Part shown: piece after piece, positions 33,906 to 42,389 of the stretch | Numbering within the stretch: position 1 is the first letter of the stretch | Layout: each line of letters starts with the position of its first letter | IMG/VR virus record: IMGVR_UViG_2687453530_000006 | Location: 1 to 42,965 of that record | From: a virus | Lineage: Duplodnaviria; Heunggongvirae; Uroviricota; Caudoviricetes | Strand: one strand, 5' to 3' | Length of the DNA: 42,965 bases | Notes under the pieces: generated by a model | Seen by the model: only the letters and a program-made list of their open reading frames with translations | Told to the model about the DNA's origin: nothing | Databases searched by the model: none | Program-made: the position numbers and the translations under genes

Positions 33906-34138
33906 GCTGCACCTCCGAGATGCTTCATGTTTTTTCCGGAGCGAAAGGCTATAAGCGGCATACTGACGCGGTAATTACGGCCCAGCGGTTCACAAATCAC
34001 CTTCTGGCATTCACGGTCAACCAGGCTAACACGTAGAACATGCCCTGCAGGTGTGGTGTACCACTGCCCAACTGTAGGAATTGATGTTTTTTTACGCTGA
34101 AATAAACGGTAAATGTTGAGGATCAACGGATTAAGCAT
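33902..34138 (-). CDS. Hypothetical protein
   Basis: 78-aa ORF with start and stop overlapping neighbouring genes (operon-like coupling). Confidence 0.4.
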   Translation of the reverse strand: MLNPLILNIYRLFQRKKTSIPTVGQWYTTPAGHVLRVSLVDRECQKVICEPLGRNYRVSMPLIAFRSGKNMKHLGGAA

Positions 34139-34967
34139 GACGATGCCCTCCGCTGATATTCAGGAGACGGTGAATATGAAAATTAGCCTTATCCGCCAGA
34201 CGAATACGTTCAGCCTGCAAGTTAAGAAGGGTTTCTACCAAAACCTGATGCGCCTGCGGATCCGAAAGAGTTACCTTGCGCAGAGCACGTAGTGCAGTTG
34301 TTACATAACTGAGTTTATGTAAGTCTTCATCATTCAGACGAGTGAGGGCTGGGACAGTAGCCATGATGGCAGCCTCCGATAACAGTGAATTACCTTCACC
34401 ACCGGAAACGCCAATTTCGCTGGTGGTGAACTGAACGGGGTTGGCGTAACCGGCGTTATCGGAAACCGGCGCACCTTTCGGTGCCCCCGTCCAGCCCACC
34501 ATAATTTGGGTGTGCACAGACGCAGACGATAAAAAAGACGCTGGCGCGTCATATATCGCCGATAACATTTCCAGGACGCCAATCCCGGCACCCGCTTTAT
34601 AAGGTGCCTGAACAGTGTAACGTCCCGGAATGGCAGAATCAATGTGCTGGTGGTCCTTCACACTCAACAAAATCACGCCTGAATTTCCACAAAGGACTAA
34701 AGCACTCATGCGGGTAGTCTTTGCGAAGATAGATAACGCGCTGTGTTTCTGGCTCCCAACGAATAACATGAACATAAAGTCCTCTTCCGTCACGAAACCA
34801 GCGGTTAAGTTCCTGCACAACTCGCCCCCCACAGTCAGGTAAAGTTCTCTGTGGTTACTTACAGCCAGGTGATTTGGTAATCTGCATTCATGCCGTAACA
34901 ACAGGTGTTCAGCGACGCTGACCACCAGCTGTTGCGACAAACGGTTATTTGCCGTTAAACTGTTCAT
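34131..34967 (-). CDS. Hypothetical protein (early right operon)
   Basis: 278-aa ORF between the cII-like gene and the replication gene; no recognisable motif. Confidence 0.45.
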   Translation of the reverse strand: MNSLTANNRLSQQLVVSVAEHLLLRHECRLPNHLAVSNHRELYLTVGGELCRNLTAGFVTEEDFMFMLFVGSQKHSALSIFAKTTRMSALVLCGNSGVILLSVKDHQHIDSAIPGRYTVQAPYKAGAGIGVLEMLSAIYDAPASFLSSASVHTQIMVGWTGAPKGAPVSDNAGYANPVQFTTSEIGVSGGEGNSLLSEAAIMATVPALTRLNDEDLHKLSYVTTALRALRKVTLSDPQAHQVLVETLLNLQAERIRLADKANFHIHRLLNISGGHRHA

Positions 34968-35527
34968 GCGTTAGTTTCTCCACAGACACAAAACGCCACG
35001 ACGCCCGGAGCTGCACACTCGCGGGCGTCACTCTTTTCTGGAGCGCAAAAGATTTTGTAGACCAGTGCTGCATGCTCCTGGAGCTTCGAAATTGACAGAT
35101 ACAACTCATCATTAATTGCTGTCTGCTCGTGTGGCTCCACTACCCCATCTTCGATTGCCGAACGAATCTGCTTTGAGTAACTCCCGATCTGTTCGATGAC
35201 TTCCAGCAGGCGCTGGTTTATATCGGCGTTCTCTACTTCCTCAATTTCAGGAAGCGATACAAACACCCCACCAGCAGACTGTGCGACAGCATCCGCAATG
35301 TAGTGAGTGCCAGCCGCGCGCTGTAAAACCATTGCCCATCCCAGCGGGAAAATCTGATCGCCATCTGCACGAAGGCGGTTGAATAAAGCGTTCTCTGTTA
35401 CATCCAGCCACTCAGCAGCTTCAGCGTAACCCCCCGGCAACGCCGCGATAGTTTTCCTGACAGCTTTCACGTACCACTCAGGCTGTTTTTCTACTTTCCA
35501 GTGATGCTTACCCACGGTTAGCCTCAT
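34964..35527 (-). CDS. CII-like regulatory protein (Phage_CP76-like)
   Basis: 187-aa ORF immediately downstream of the cro-like gene; family recalled by size and position only. Confidence 0.5.
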   Translation of the reverse strand: MRLTVGKHHWKVEKQPEWYVKAVRKTIAALPGGYAEAAEWLDVTENALFNRLRADGDQIFPLGWAMVLQRAAGTHYIADAVAQSAGGVFVSLPEIEEVENADINQRLLEVIEQIGSYSKQIRSAIEDGVVEPHEQTAINDELYLSISKLQEHAALVYKIFCAPEKSDARECAAPGVVAFCVCGETNA

Positions 35528-35558
35528 CGTTCTGTGGTTAAAAATTGAAGGTGTTCTG

Positions 35559-35759
35559 TTAATCTTTCGGATAGATATCCGGTCTTAAGTCAGATTTCGT
35601 AATTGCACCTGACGTGCATTGCTCAAGTTTTTTAGCCAGCACAAAACTGGCTTTTTTATAACCATTGAAAACCAGCCGTAAGTAGCCTGGTGTTGAGCCA
35701 ACTTTTCCGGCCAACTCGCCCTGCTGTTCTTTGGTTAAAGAGTCCCAATACGCTTTCAT
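35559..35759 (-). CDS. cro: Cro-like HTH repressor
   Basis: Start placed at MKAYWDSLTKEQQGELAGKVGSTPGYLRLVFNG (66 aa), preceded by GGAGG; divergent from cI; the ORF extends upstream to 36062. Confidence 0.7.
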   Translation of the reverse strand: MKAYWDSLTKEQQGELAGKVGSTPGYLRLVFNGYKKASFVLAKKLEQCTSGAITKSDLRPDIYPKD

Positions 35760-35849
35760 ACAATATGTACCTCCGATATACATATTACATGATTGAGATG
35801 AACCTTCAAGATACTTGTACCCTATCGGTACAAAGGTTTTAATTTCGTT
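35760..35849. promoter_or_regulatory. cro-cI intergenic operator/promoter region (OR / PR / PRM)
   Basis: Palindrome TTGTACC-N5-GGTACAA at 35815-35833 and a further ATGTACC half-site at 35765-35771 between the divergent cro and cI starts. Confidence 0.6.
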
Positions 35850-36524
35850 ATGAAAACAGTCCATGACATCCGGCGGTCTAACGCCAGAAAACTGAGAGAT
35901 GGTGTTGGCGGGAATTCTTCCTTTGCCACCATGATTGATCGCGAGCCAACCCAGACCAGCAGGTTTATGGGAGATGGTGCTACTAAAAATATCGGTGACA
36001 GCATGGCACGGCACATCGAAAAATGTTTCGACCTGCCTGTCGGATGGCTTGATCAAGAACACCAGACAACAAACATCACAAAAAAACCTGATGTTTCAAT
36101 TACTAACAAACAAATAACGTTAGTCCCTGTCATATCATGGGTACAGGCCGGAGCATGGAAAGAAGTTGGCTATTCTGAGGTTGATTTGAGCACAGCAGAA
36201 ACTTATCCCTGCCCTGTACCCTGTGGCGAAATGACTTATATCTTGCGGGTGATTGGTGATTCAATGATTGATGAGTACCGCCCGGGAGACATGATTTTTG
36301 TAGATCCTGAAGTCCCTGCCTGCCACGGTGACGACGTTATTGCATTGATGCACGATACAGGTGAAACCACCTTCAAAAGGTTGATAGAAGATGGGACACA
36401 GCGTTATCTCAAAGCGTTAAACCCAAACTGGCCTGAGCCTTACATTAAGATCAACGGTAATTGCTCTATAATTGGTACAGTGATTTTCTCAGGAAAACCA
36501 AGAAGATACAAAATCAAAGCCTAA
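35850..36524 (+). CDS. cI: CI-type prophage repressor (N-terminal HTH, C-terminal S24 LexA-like peptidase)
   Basis: 224-aa ORF; C-terminal domain has the Ser (VIGDSM) and Lys (TFKRL) catalytic dyad of autocleaving repressors. Confidence 0.85.
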   Translation: MKTVHDIRRSNARKLRDGVGGNSSFATMIDREPTQTSRFMGDGATKNIGDSMARHIEKCFDLPVGWLDQEHQTTNITKKPDVSITNKQITLVPVISWVQAGAWKEVGYSEVDLSTAETYPCPVPCGEMTYILRVIGDSMIDEYRPGDMIFVDPEVPACHGDDVIALMHDTGETTFKRLIEDGTQRYLKALNPNWPEPYIKINGNCSIIGTVIFSGKPRRYKIKA

Positions 36525-36536
36525 TCAATGTTTATG

Positions 36537-36560
36537 AACCTGCTTCGGCAGGTTTTTTTA
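36537..36560 (+). terminator. Rho-independent terminator of cI
   Basis: aacctgc-ttcg-gcaggtt stem-loop followed by ttttttt, 13 bp after the cI stop. Confidence 0.75.
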
Positions 36561-36562
36561 TA

Positions 36563-36597
36563 CTTGACAATGTACCTTTGAGATACATAATGTACCC
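36563..36597 (+). promoter_or_regulatory. Candidate sigma70 promoter with flanking ATGTACC operator half-sites (pL/OL-like)
   Basis: TTGACA at 36563-36568, spacer of about 17 nt, then a cATAAT-like -10; ATGTACC occurs twice (36568-36575 and 36589-36596). Confidence 0.45.
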
Positions 36598-36866
36598 AAG
36601 CGAAACAACGAACAGGCAGGACGCCCACGAAGTAGCCGCCTGGGGCATATGAAGTCCAGGATGATTCGTTAGCAACAAAAAAGCGCCCTACAGGACGCTT
36701 AGCTCTTTAAAAATCAGTAACCCTCACTTTGGGCCTGGACCAGGTGGCCTGGGACGAGGAGGAATATGAAAAGGCTCTATTGGTCGACTCATTATCCAAT
36801 CCTATTATGTCTCATTTCTTCGGTTTCGGTGGTTTCGGCTTCGGAGGTACATGTCCGTGAACTGGA

Positions 36867-37361
36867 TTATGCTTGTTGGTCATCATTAATATCCGTTAGT
36901 TCATTCTCTAGAGGTAGATCTCCCGCACACCAAGCTATAAATTTTTCTTTGGTTGTTAAATCGTACTTAGTTGGAACACCAGCAAAAATGCAGGCCCGAA
37001 TGAAAGCCGCTCGTTCAAGTGATTTCCATGGATTACTATCAGTATCTTGGATTTTTAAATACCTAGCTTGCAACTGATCTTCAGGAAGGGTATCAGACTC
37101 AATCAGCAGTCTTTTGTAATGCCTCGCTTGCTCTTTAGACATTCCAGCCTCCTGGCCAAACTGATAGACCAACTGAAGAACCGAAAGTACGGCAACAAAC
37201 AAACCGAAAATAAATAAATTACTGTACGGGGCGAAAACTGAAAAACCGAGAACGATTAACATCAACGTTATTAATTTATCAATACGAGTTAACAACGTGT
37301 AATTCATCTTCTCCAATACATAAGAGTAGTGAACATAAAATTTATAATCGTCTCTGGTCAT
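36867..37361 (-). CDS. Two-helix membrane protein (moron; candidate superinfection-exclusion or abortive-infection protein)
   Basis: 164-aa AT-rich ORF convergent with cI; two hydrophobic helices (LITLMLIVLGFSVF, LFIFGLFVAVLSVLQLV) followed by a charged cytoplasmic domain. Confidence 0.5.
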   Translation of the reverse strand: MTRDDYKFYVHYSYVLEKMNYTLLTRIDKLITLMLIVLGFSVFAPYSNLFIFGLFVAVLSVLQLVYQFGQEAGMSKEQARHYKRLLIESDTLPEDQLQARYLKIQDTDSNPWKSLERAAFIRACIFAGVPTKYDLTTKEKFIAWCAGDLPLENELTDINDDQQA

Positions 37362-37748
37362 ATTAGTCTCAGTTTTCCTTGGGTGGTTTTGGAGGAACTG
37401 GAGGCTTTTGTCTTAACGGCACATGCCTCTCCTCATACTTATCTACACATAGATCCATATAAATCCTTATCGTTGTTGGGGAGGGTTACATAATAACCAA
37501 ATCCTTGTTGTTGGGGAATAACCAGGTCCACCTCGCCTGATGTGGCTAAAAGCAGGCACATAACAGCTAAGTATTTTCAACCAGAGAGAATACTTAGCGT
37601 TGTGGTGAATGCGCAGGCTGATGCGCGAAAGACATTGCAGCTATTGCGGAAAAGAGCTGTTCGGCGGGGCAATTAAACGCCCGTGAGAGTCTGAAATAAC
37701 CGCAAGCCGGAGATCAGCACCGGTCACCACAACAGCCACTGCTTTGGC

Positions 37749-37795
37749 GGTACCAGTTTGTACACTTGCTTCCGGCTGGTACCGCTCTTTTTACA
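37749..37795 (+). promoter_or_regulatory. Hairpin with T-run and boxA-like motif upstream of the pL-type operon
   Basis: ggtaccag ... ctggtacc stem followed by gctcttttta (resembles both an intrinsic terminator and the boxA consensus CGCTCTT(T)A); contains GGTACC/TGTACA operator-like elements. Confidence 0.4.
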
Positions 37796-37929
37796 AAACA
37801 GAGAAGAGCATCACCGGACGACGGGCTCATAACCCAATCCATCCGGGCGGCTACCACCGCAGGTGTTCTTCTCTGTTTTGTGGAGAAACCAACCGACCTT
37901 GCAGGGTCGATATGATGAGGAGCAGCAAA

Positions 37930-38292
37930 ATGGCTAGCGAACGCAGTACCAACGTGCAGGAATTTATCGGGGAGCTGGACGGCGGCGTATTTGAAACCAA
38001 AATCGGCGCAGTTCTCAGTGAAGTCGCTTCCGGTGTGATGAACACGAAAACCAAAGGTAAGGTCTCACTCAACCTGGAAATCGAACCATTTGATGAGAAC
38101 CGTGTGAAAATCAAACACAAACTCTCATATGTTCGCCCGACTAACCGCGGGAAAATTTCCGAAGAAGACACCACCGAAACGCCGATGTATGTCAATCGCG
38201 GTGGTCGCCTGACTATTCTGCAGGAAGACCAGGGACAATTACTGACTCTTGCCGGTGAACCTGACGGAAAACTCCGCGCAGCAGGTCATTAA
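37930..38292 (+). CDS. YfdP-like hypothetical protein
   Basis: 120 aa from the Met at 37930, preceded by GAGGAG; the ORF extends upstream to 37744; first gene of the leftward early operon. Confidence 0.55.
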   Translation: MASERSTNVQEFIGELDGGVFETKIGAVLSEVASGVMNTKTKGKVSLNLEIEPFDENRVKIKHKLSYVRPTNRGKISEEDTTETPMYVNRGGRLTILQEDQGQLLTLAGEPDGKLRAAGH

Positions 38293-38357
38293 TATCGTTC
38301 TTAATTAACTGATTATTTATCTCATCACTGAATATCTTAATATAGTGAGGACTTATT

Positions 38358-39182
38358 ATGTCTCAGAACTTAGACTCAACCGCAATTAATCAAATCCATG
38401 CCCTTATTTCTGCTCAGGGTGTTAATGAAATTATCAGTAAGATTGGTGCCGATGCTGTGGCATTGCCTGAGAATTTCCGCATTCATGATCTGGAAAAATT
38501 TAATTTAAATCGTTTCCGTTTCCGTGGTGCACTTTCCACTGCCAGCATCGATGACTTTACCCGTTATTCTAAAGATCTTGCAGATGAAGGCACCCGCTGC
38601 TTTATCGATGCCGATAATATGCGAGCCGTCAGTGTGCTTAACCTGGGTACTATTGATGAACCAGGTCACGCAGATAACACCGCCACTCTCAAACTGAAAA
38701 AGACAGCACCGTTCTCTGCTCTGTTGTCTGTTAATGGCGAGCGTAACTCCCAGAAGTCACTGGCAGAATGGATTGAAGACTGGGCAGACTACCTTGTGGG
38801 CTTTGATGCTAATGGTGACGCCATTCAGGCAACCAAAGCGGCTGCGGCGATCCGTAAAATCACAATTGAAGCGAACCAGACCGCTGATTTTGAAGACAAT
38901 GACTTCAGCGGCAAACGCTCCCTGATGGAGTCTGTCGAAGCGAAGACCAAAGACATTATGCCAGTGGCATTTGAATTTAAATGCGTTCCGTTTGAAGGTC
39001 TGAAAGAACGTCCGTTTAAATTACGCCTCAGCATTATCACTGGCGATCGTCCTGTACTGGTTCTGCGCATTATTCAGCTGGAGGCGGTGCAGGAAGAAAT
39101 GGCTAACGAATTTCGTGATCTGCTTGTTGAGAAATTCAAGGACAGCAAAGTAGAAACCTTTATTGGTACTTTCACCGCCTGA
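38358..39182 (+). CDS. DUF2303-family protein (YfdQ-like)
   Basis: 274-aa ORF; size and position match yfdQ of the E. coli CPS-53 prophage as recalled. Confidence 0.6.
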   Translation: MSQNLDSTAINQIHALISAQGVNEIISKIGADAVALPENFRIHDLEKFNLNRFRFRGALSTASIDDFTRYSKDLADEGTRCFIDADNMRAVSVLNLGTIDEPGHADNTATLKLKKTAPFSALLSVNGERNSQKSLAEWIEDWADYLVGFDANGDAIQATKAAAAIRKITIEANQTADFEDNDFSGKRSLMESVEAKTKDIMPVAFEFKCVPFEGLKERPFKLRLSIITGDRPVLVLRIIQLEAVQEEMANEFRDLLVEKFKDSKVETFIGTFTA

Positions 39183-39309
39183 TTTCATTACTGCAAATGC
39201 CCCTGCGGGGGCATTTATGGAAACGTAATTTACTCAATAATCGCCGGATGGTGAGGGATTCTTTTTACCAGAATTCAGCGCGGTGCAGCGCATATACGTG
39301 GAGAACAAA

Positions 39310-39846
39310 ATGTCATTTATCAAAACTTTTTCTGGGAAGCATTTTTATTATGACAGGATAAATAAAGACGACATCGATATTAACGATATCGCGGTTTCCC
39401 TTTCAAATATCTGTCGCTTTGCCGGTCATCTTTCGCACTTCTACAGCGTCGCCCAACATGCGGTTCTTTGCAGCCAGCTGGTGCCGCAGGAATTTGCTTT
39501 TGAAGCGTTAATGCATGATGCAACAGAAGCGTATTGCCAGGACATTCCCGCACCACTGAAACGCCTTCTTCCTGACTATAAACGGATGGAAGAAAAAATA
39601 GACGCCGTAATCCGTGAGAAATACGGGTTACCACCGGTTATGAGTACGCCCGTGAAATATGCCGATCTCATCATGCTGGCAACCGAACGCCGCGATCTCG
39701 GGCTTGATGATGGCTCTTTCTGGCCTGTACTGGAAGGTATCCCGGCAACAGAGATGTTCAACGTGATTCCACTGGCTCCAGGCCATGCCTACGGGATGTT
39801 TATGGAACGCTTTAACGAATTATCGGAGTTACGCAAATGCGCATGA
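39310..39846 (+). CDS. HD-domain phosphohydrolase (YfdR-like 5'-deoxynucleotidase)
   Basis: 178 aa from MSFIKTFSGKHFYYD; the H...HD pattern (AQHAVLCSQ...EALMHDATEAY) is typical of HD hydrolases; the ORF extends upstream to 39283. Confidence 0.65.
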   Translation: MSFIKTFSGKHFYYDRINKDDIDINDIAVSLSNICRFAGHLSHFYSVAQHAVLCSQLVPQEFAFEALMHDATEAYCQDIPAPLKRLLPDYKRMEEKIDAVIREKYGLPPVMSTPVKYADLIMLATERRDLGLDDGSFWPVLEGIPATEMFNVIPLAPGHAYGMFMERFNELSELRKCA

Positions 39847-40199
39847 ATGTTTTCGAAATGGAAGGATTTCTTCGCGGGAAATGTGTACCGCGAGATCTGA
39901 AAGTGAATGAAACGGATGCTGAATACCTGGTGCGTAAATTTGATGCGCTTGAAGCTAAATGTGCAGCACTGGAAAACAAAGTAATACCAGTGTCAGCTGA
40001 ACTGCCGCCAGCGAATGAAAGTGTTCTGTTATTTGATGCTAATGGAGAAGGCTGGCTGATTGGCTGGCGTTCTCTCTGGTATACATGGGGGCAAAAAGAA
40101 ACCGGAGAATGGCAGTGGACATTTCAGGTCGGGGACCTTGAAAACGTCAACATCACTCACTGGGCAGTAATGCCAAAAGCACCGGAGGCTGGAGCATAA
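39837..40199 (+). CDS. DUF551-family protein (YfdS-like)
   Basis: 120-aa ORF with a Trp-rich C-terminal region (WLIGWRSLWYTWGQ...THWAVMP). Confidence 0.55.
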   Translation: MRMNVFEMEGFLRGKCVPRDLKVNETDAEYLVRKFDALEAKCAALENKVIPVSAELPPANESVLLFDANGEGWLIGWRSLWYTWGQKETGEWQWTFQVGDLENVNITHWAVMPKAPEAGA

Positions 40200-41008
40200 T
40201 GACCACATTTACCGATAAAGAACTGATTAAAGAAATCAAAGAACGAATCAGCAGCATGGACGTGCGAGACAATGTTGAGCGCCGTGCTTATGAAATTGCT
40301 CTGGCATCGCTGGAAGAGGATCCGGTGGCATGGCTGCATTCAGACAATGGCTTAGGTATTCCGGCAATAACCAGGAGTAAAAACATTGCTGACAGTTGGT
40401 TATCAAAGGGCTGGTATGTTCAGCCGCTATATATAGCCAAGCCAGTGCCGGTGGTGCCAGATGCTCGTCCGTCTTTAAATAATGGCATAGTCGGTTTTGA
40501 TGAAGGCTGGAACGCCTGCCGCGCTGCCATGCTCTATGGTGCCGTACCTGCAAGCCAGGCTTACAAGTTGCCACAAACGCAGTTTAAACAGGTTGCTGAC
40601 CTCTACGAAATGCAATTTGATGACGGTCGCACTTGTGCCTTTCACACTGATGCGCAAAAGGCTGTGCAATGGCTTCAGGCGTGCGACGGAAACAGGGTTC
40701 AGGAATACGTTAAGCTGGAACGATTGCAGAACGCACTGTCTGGCAACTCTCCGGTAACTCCGGATGGTTGGGTTATGGTGCCGAAGAGACTAACAGCCGA
40801 GAACGGCGCTAAGGGGGCGCTATCCGGTGAATTTTCAGAAACTACGTTTATAAGCTGCCTGGAATGCTTTGGCGATGATGATTGCGATACCTGTGACGGG
40901 AGCGGACGTATTGAAATTAAAGTGCCAGTCACGTGGTCGACCATAAAATCTATCTGGGATAAAGGTATCGAGTATTTTGCAGCAAAACCATCACAAGAGG
41001 TGAAGTGA
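40199..41008 (+). CDS. Hypothetical protein with C-terminal CxxCxGxG zinc-finger-like motif
   Basis: 269-aa ORF; C-terminus CLECFGDDDCDTCDGSGRIE resembles DnaJ-type zinc-finger repeats. Confidence 0.45.
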   Translation: MTTFTDKELIKEIKERISSMDVRDNVERRAYEIALASLEEDPVAWLHSDNGLGIPAITRSKNIADSWLSKGWYVQPLYIAKPVPVVPDARPSLNNGIVGFDEGWNACRAAMLYGAVPASQAYKLPQTQFKQVADLYEMQFDDGRTCAFHTDAQKAVQWLQACDGNRVQEYVKLERLQNALSGNSPVTPDGWVMVPKRLTAENGAKGALSGEFSETTFISCLECFGDDDCDTCDGSGRIEIKVPVTWSTIKSIWDKGIEYFAAKPSQEVK

Positions 41009-41580
41009 TGAACAACTTAATGATCGACCTTGAGACGATGGGGAAAAATAAGGATGCACCGATCGTTTCCATTGGCGCGGTGTTCTTCACTCCAGAAACC
41101 GGAGACATCGGACAAGAATTCTATACGGTTGTTAGCCTGGAAAGTGCTATGGGGCAAGGAGCTACACCTGACGGCGATACCATCCTGTGGTGGTTGAAAC
41201 AAAGCCCTGAAGCACGAGCTGCAATCTGTATTGATGATACTTTGTCGATCAGCGATGCTCTCTCAGAACTAAATCATTTCATTAACCGGCACGCAGACAA
41301 TACGAAATATTTAAAAGTCTGGGGTAACGGAGCCACCTTCGACAACGTAATTTTACGTGGAGCTTATGAGCGAGCAGGACAAATCTGCCCGTGGGCATAC
41401 TGGAATGACCACGATGTACGCACGATCGTTACGCTTGGGCGTTCCATCGGATTCGACCCCAAAATGGACATGCCTTTCGATGGCGAACGGCACAACGCCC
41501 TGGCTGATGCCCGTCATCAGGCAAAATATGTTTCCGCTATCTGGCAGAAATTAATTCCTGCCACCAGCACAGAATTATGA
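41005..41580 (+). CDS. DEDD-family 3'-5' exonuclease
   Basis: 191-aa ORF; MIDLETMG (Exo I motif), WGNGATFD and HNALADARH (DEDDh motif III) patterns. Confidence 0.7.
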   Translation: MMNNLMIDLETMGKNKDAPIVSIGAVFFTPETGDIGQEFYTVVSLESAMGQGATPDGDTILWWLKQSPEARAAICIDDTLSISDALSELNHFINRHADNTKYLKVWGNGATFDNVILRGAYERAGQICPWAYWNDHDVRTIVTLGRSIGFDPKMDMPFDGERHNALADARHQAKYVSAIWQKLIPATSTEL

Positions 41581-41616
41581 TTTTCCCGGGTGCAGCCGGT
41601 TTTGATGGAGAAAATT

Positions 41617-41889
41617 ATGAACACCTTGTTTTTACTGATGGCTGAATTCAATACCCCTAACATTGAACTCTCAGCAGTTAGCCAAAAGTACTTTGGCATG
41701 AGTCCAGCCACGGCAGAAGCAAAAGCAAACGCTTGTAAGTTGCCCGTTCCAACATATCGCATCGGCACATCACAAAAAGCAAAACGTTGCATCAATATTC
41801 AGGATCTTGCGGAATACATAGACAAAAGACGAGAAGAAGGGCGTGCTGAGTGGGAAAGGGTCAGAACCCATAAACAAAGGCTCATTTAA
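41617..41889 (+). CDS. Excisionase-like DNA-binding protein
   Basis: 90 aa from the Met at 41617, preceded by GGAG; last gene of the early-left operon where xis normally lies; the ORF extends upstream to 41590. Confidence 0.5.
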   Translation: MNTLFLLMAEFNTPNIELSAVSQKYFGMSPATAEAKANACKLPVPTYRIGTSQKAKRCINIQDLAEYIDKRREEGRAEWERVRTHKQRLI

Positions 41890-41922
41890 ATAGAATATGA
41901 ATAAACCCATCCAAAGATGGGT

Positions 41923-42384
41923 TTATTCATAATGTTGAAGAGCAGCGAGTATCAGTTTTTTATGCCGTTTAACCATAGTTTTAGATATCTCAACTGCACA
42001 TCGAACTTGTCTCATACAATGATCTGTAATGCGACCTTTTAGCACGTCACCATATTGGATGGCTATTTTCTCTTTAATAATTTCAAGATCGAAAGCAGCA
42101 TGAGCCTCAATGCAATTAACAAATGAGTCCCATTTAAGAAAATCATGGTCCTCTCTATTAATTTCGACCTGACAAGCCATAAGATCATTGTTTCTCTTAA
42201 TAAATTCATTTATATCTGAATTTATTAGAAGAACTAAAAGAGGTTCACAGCAAACAACCACCATATATTTTACTTTAGGTGGGGTCGTAAAATCACAATG
42301 AAGATACAATACATCACCGGGTGATATACCTCTTTCACGACTAAAATTAGCCTTAAAATCAGGAGGGAAACAATCACCCAGCAT
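41923..42384 (-). CDS. Hypothetical protein, candidate toxin partner of the Panacea-domain protein
   Basis: 153 aa from the ATG at 42384, which lies 5 nt after the stop of the upstream Panacea-domain ORF; AT-rich; no recognisable motif. Confidence 0.4.
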   Translation of the reverse strand: MLGDCFPPDFKANFSRERGISPGDVLYLHCDFTTPPKVKYMVVVCCEPLLVLLINSDINEFIKRNNDLMACQVEINREDHDFLKWDSFVNCIEAHAAFDLEIIKEKIAIQYGDVLKGRITDHCMRQVRCAVEISKTMVKRHKKLILAALQHYE

Positions 42385-42389
42385 AAGTA

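Noticed and set aside
35850-36062. Full 167-aa minus-strand ORF (35559-36062) as the cro gene
   Set aside because: Its N-terminal 100 aa would overlap the cI start and the operator region; only the C-terminal 66 aa has an HTH pattern and a ribosome-binding site, so the short form was annotated.
36766-37077. 103-aa plus-strand ORF downstream of the candidate pL
   Set aside because: Antisense to the better-supported membrane-protein gene, with no ribosome-binding site; may be transcribed as leader RNA but is unlikely to be coding.
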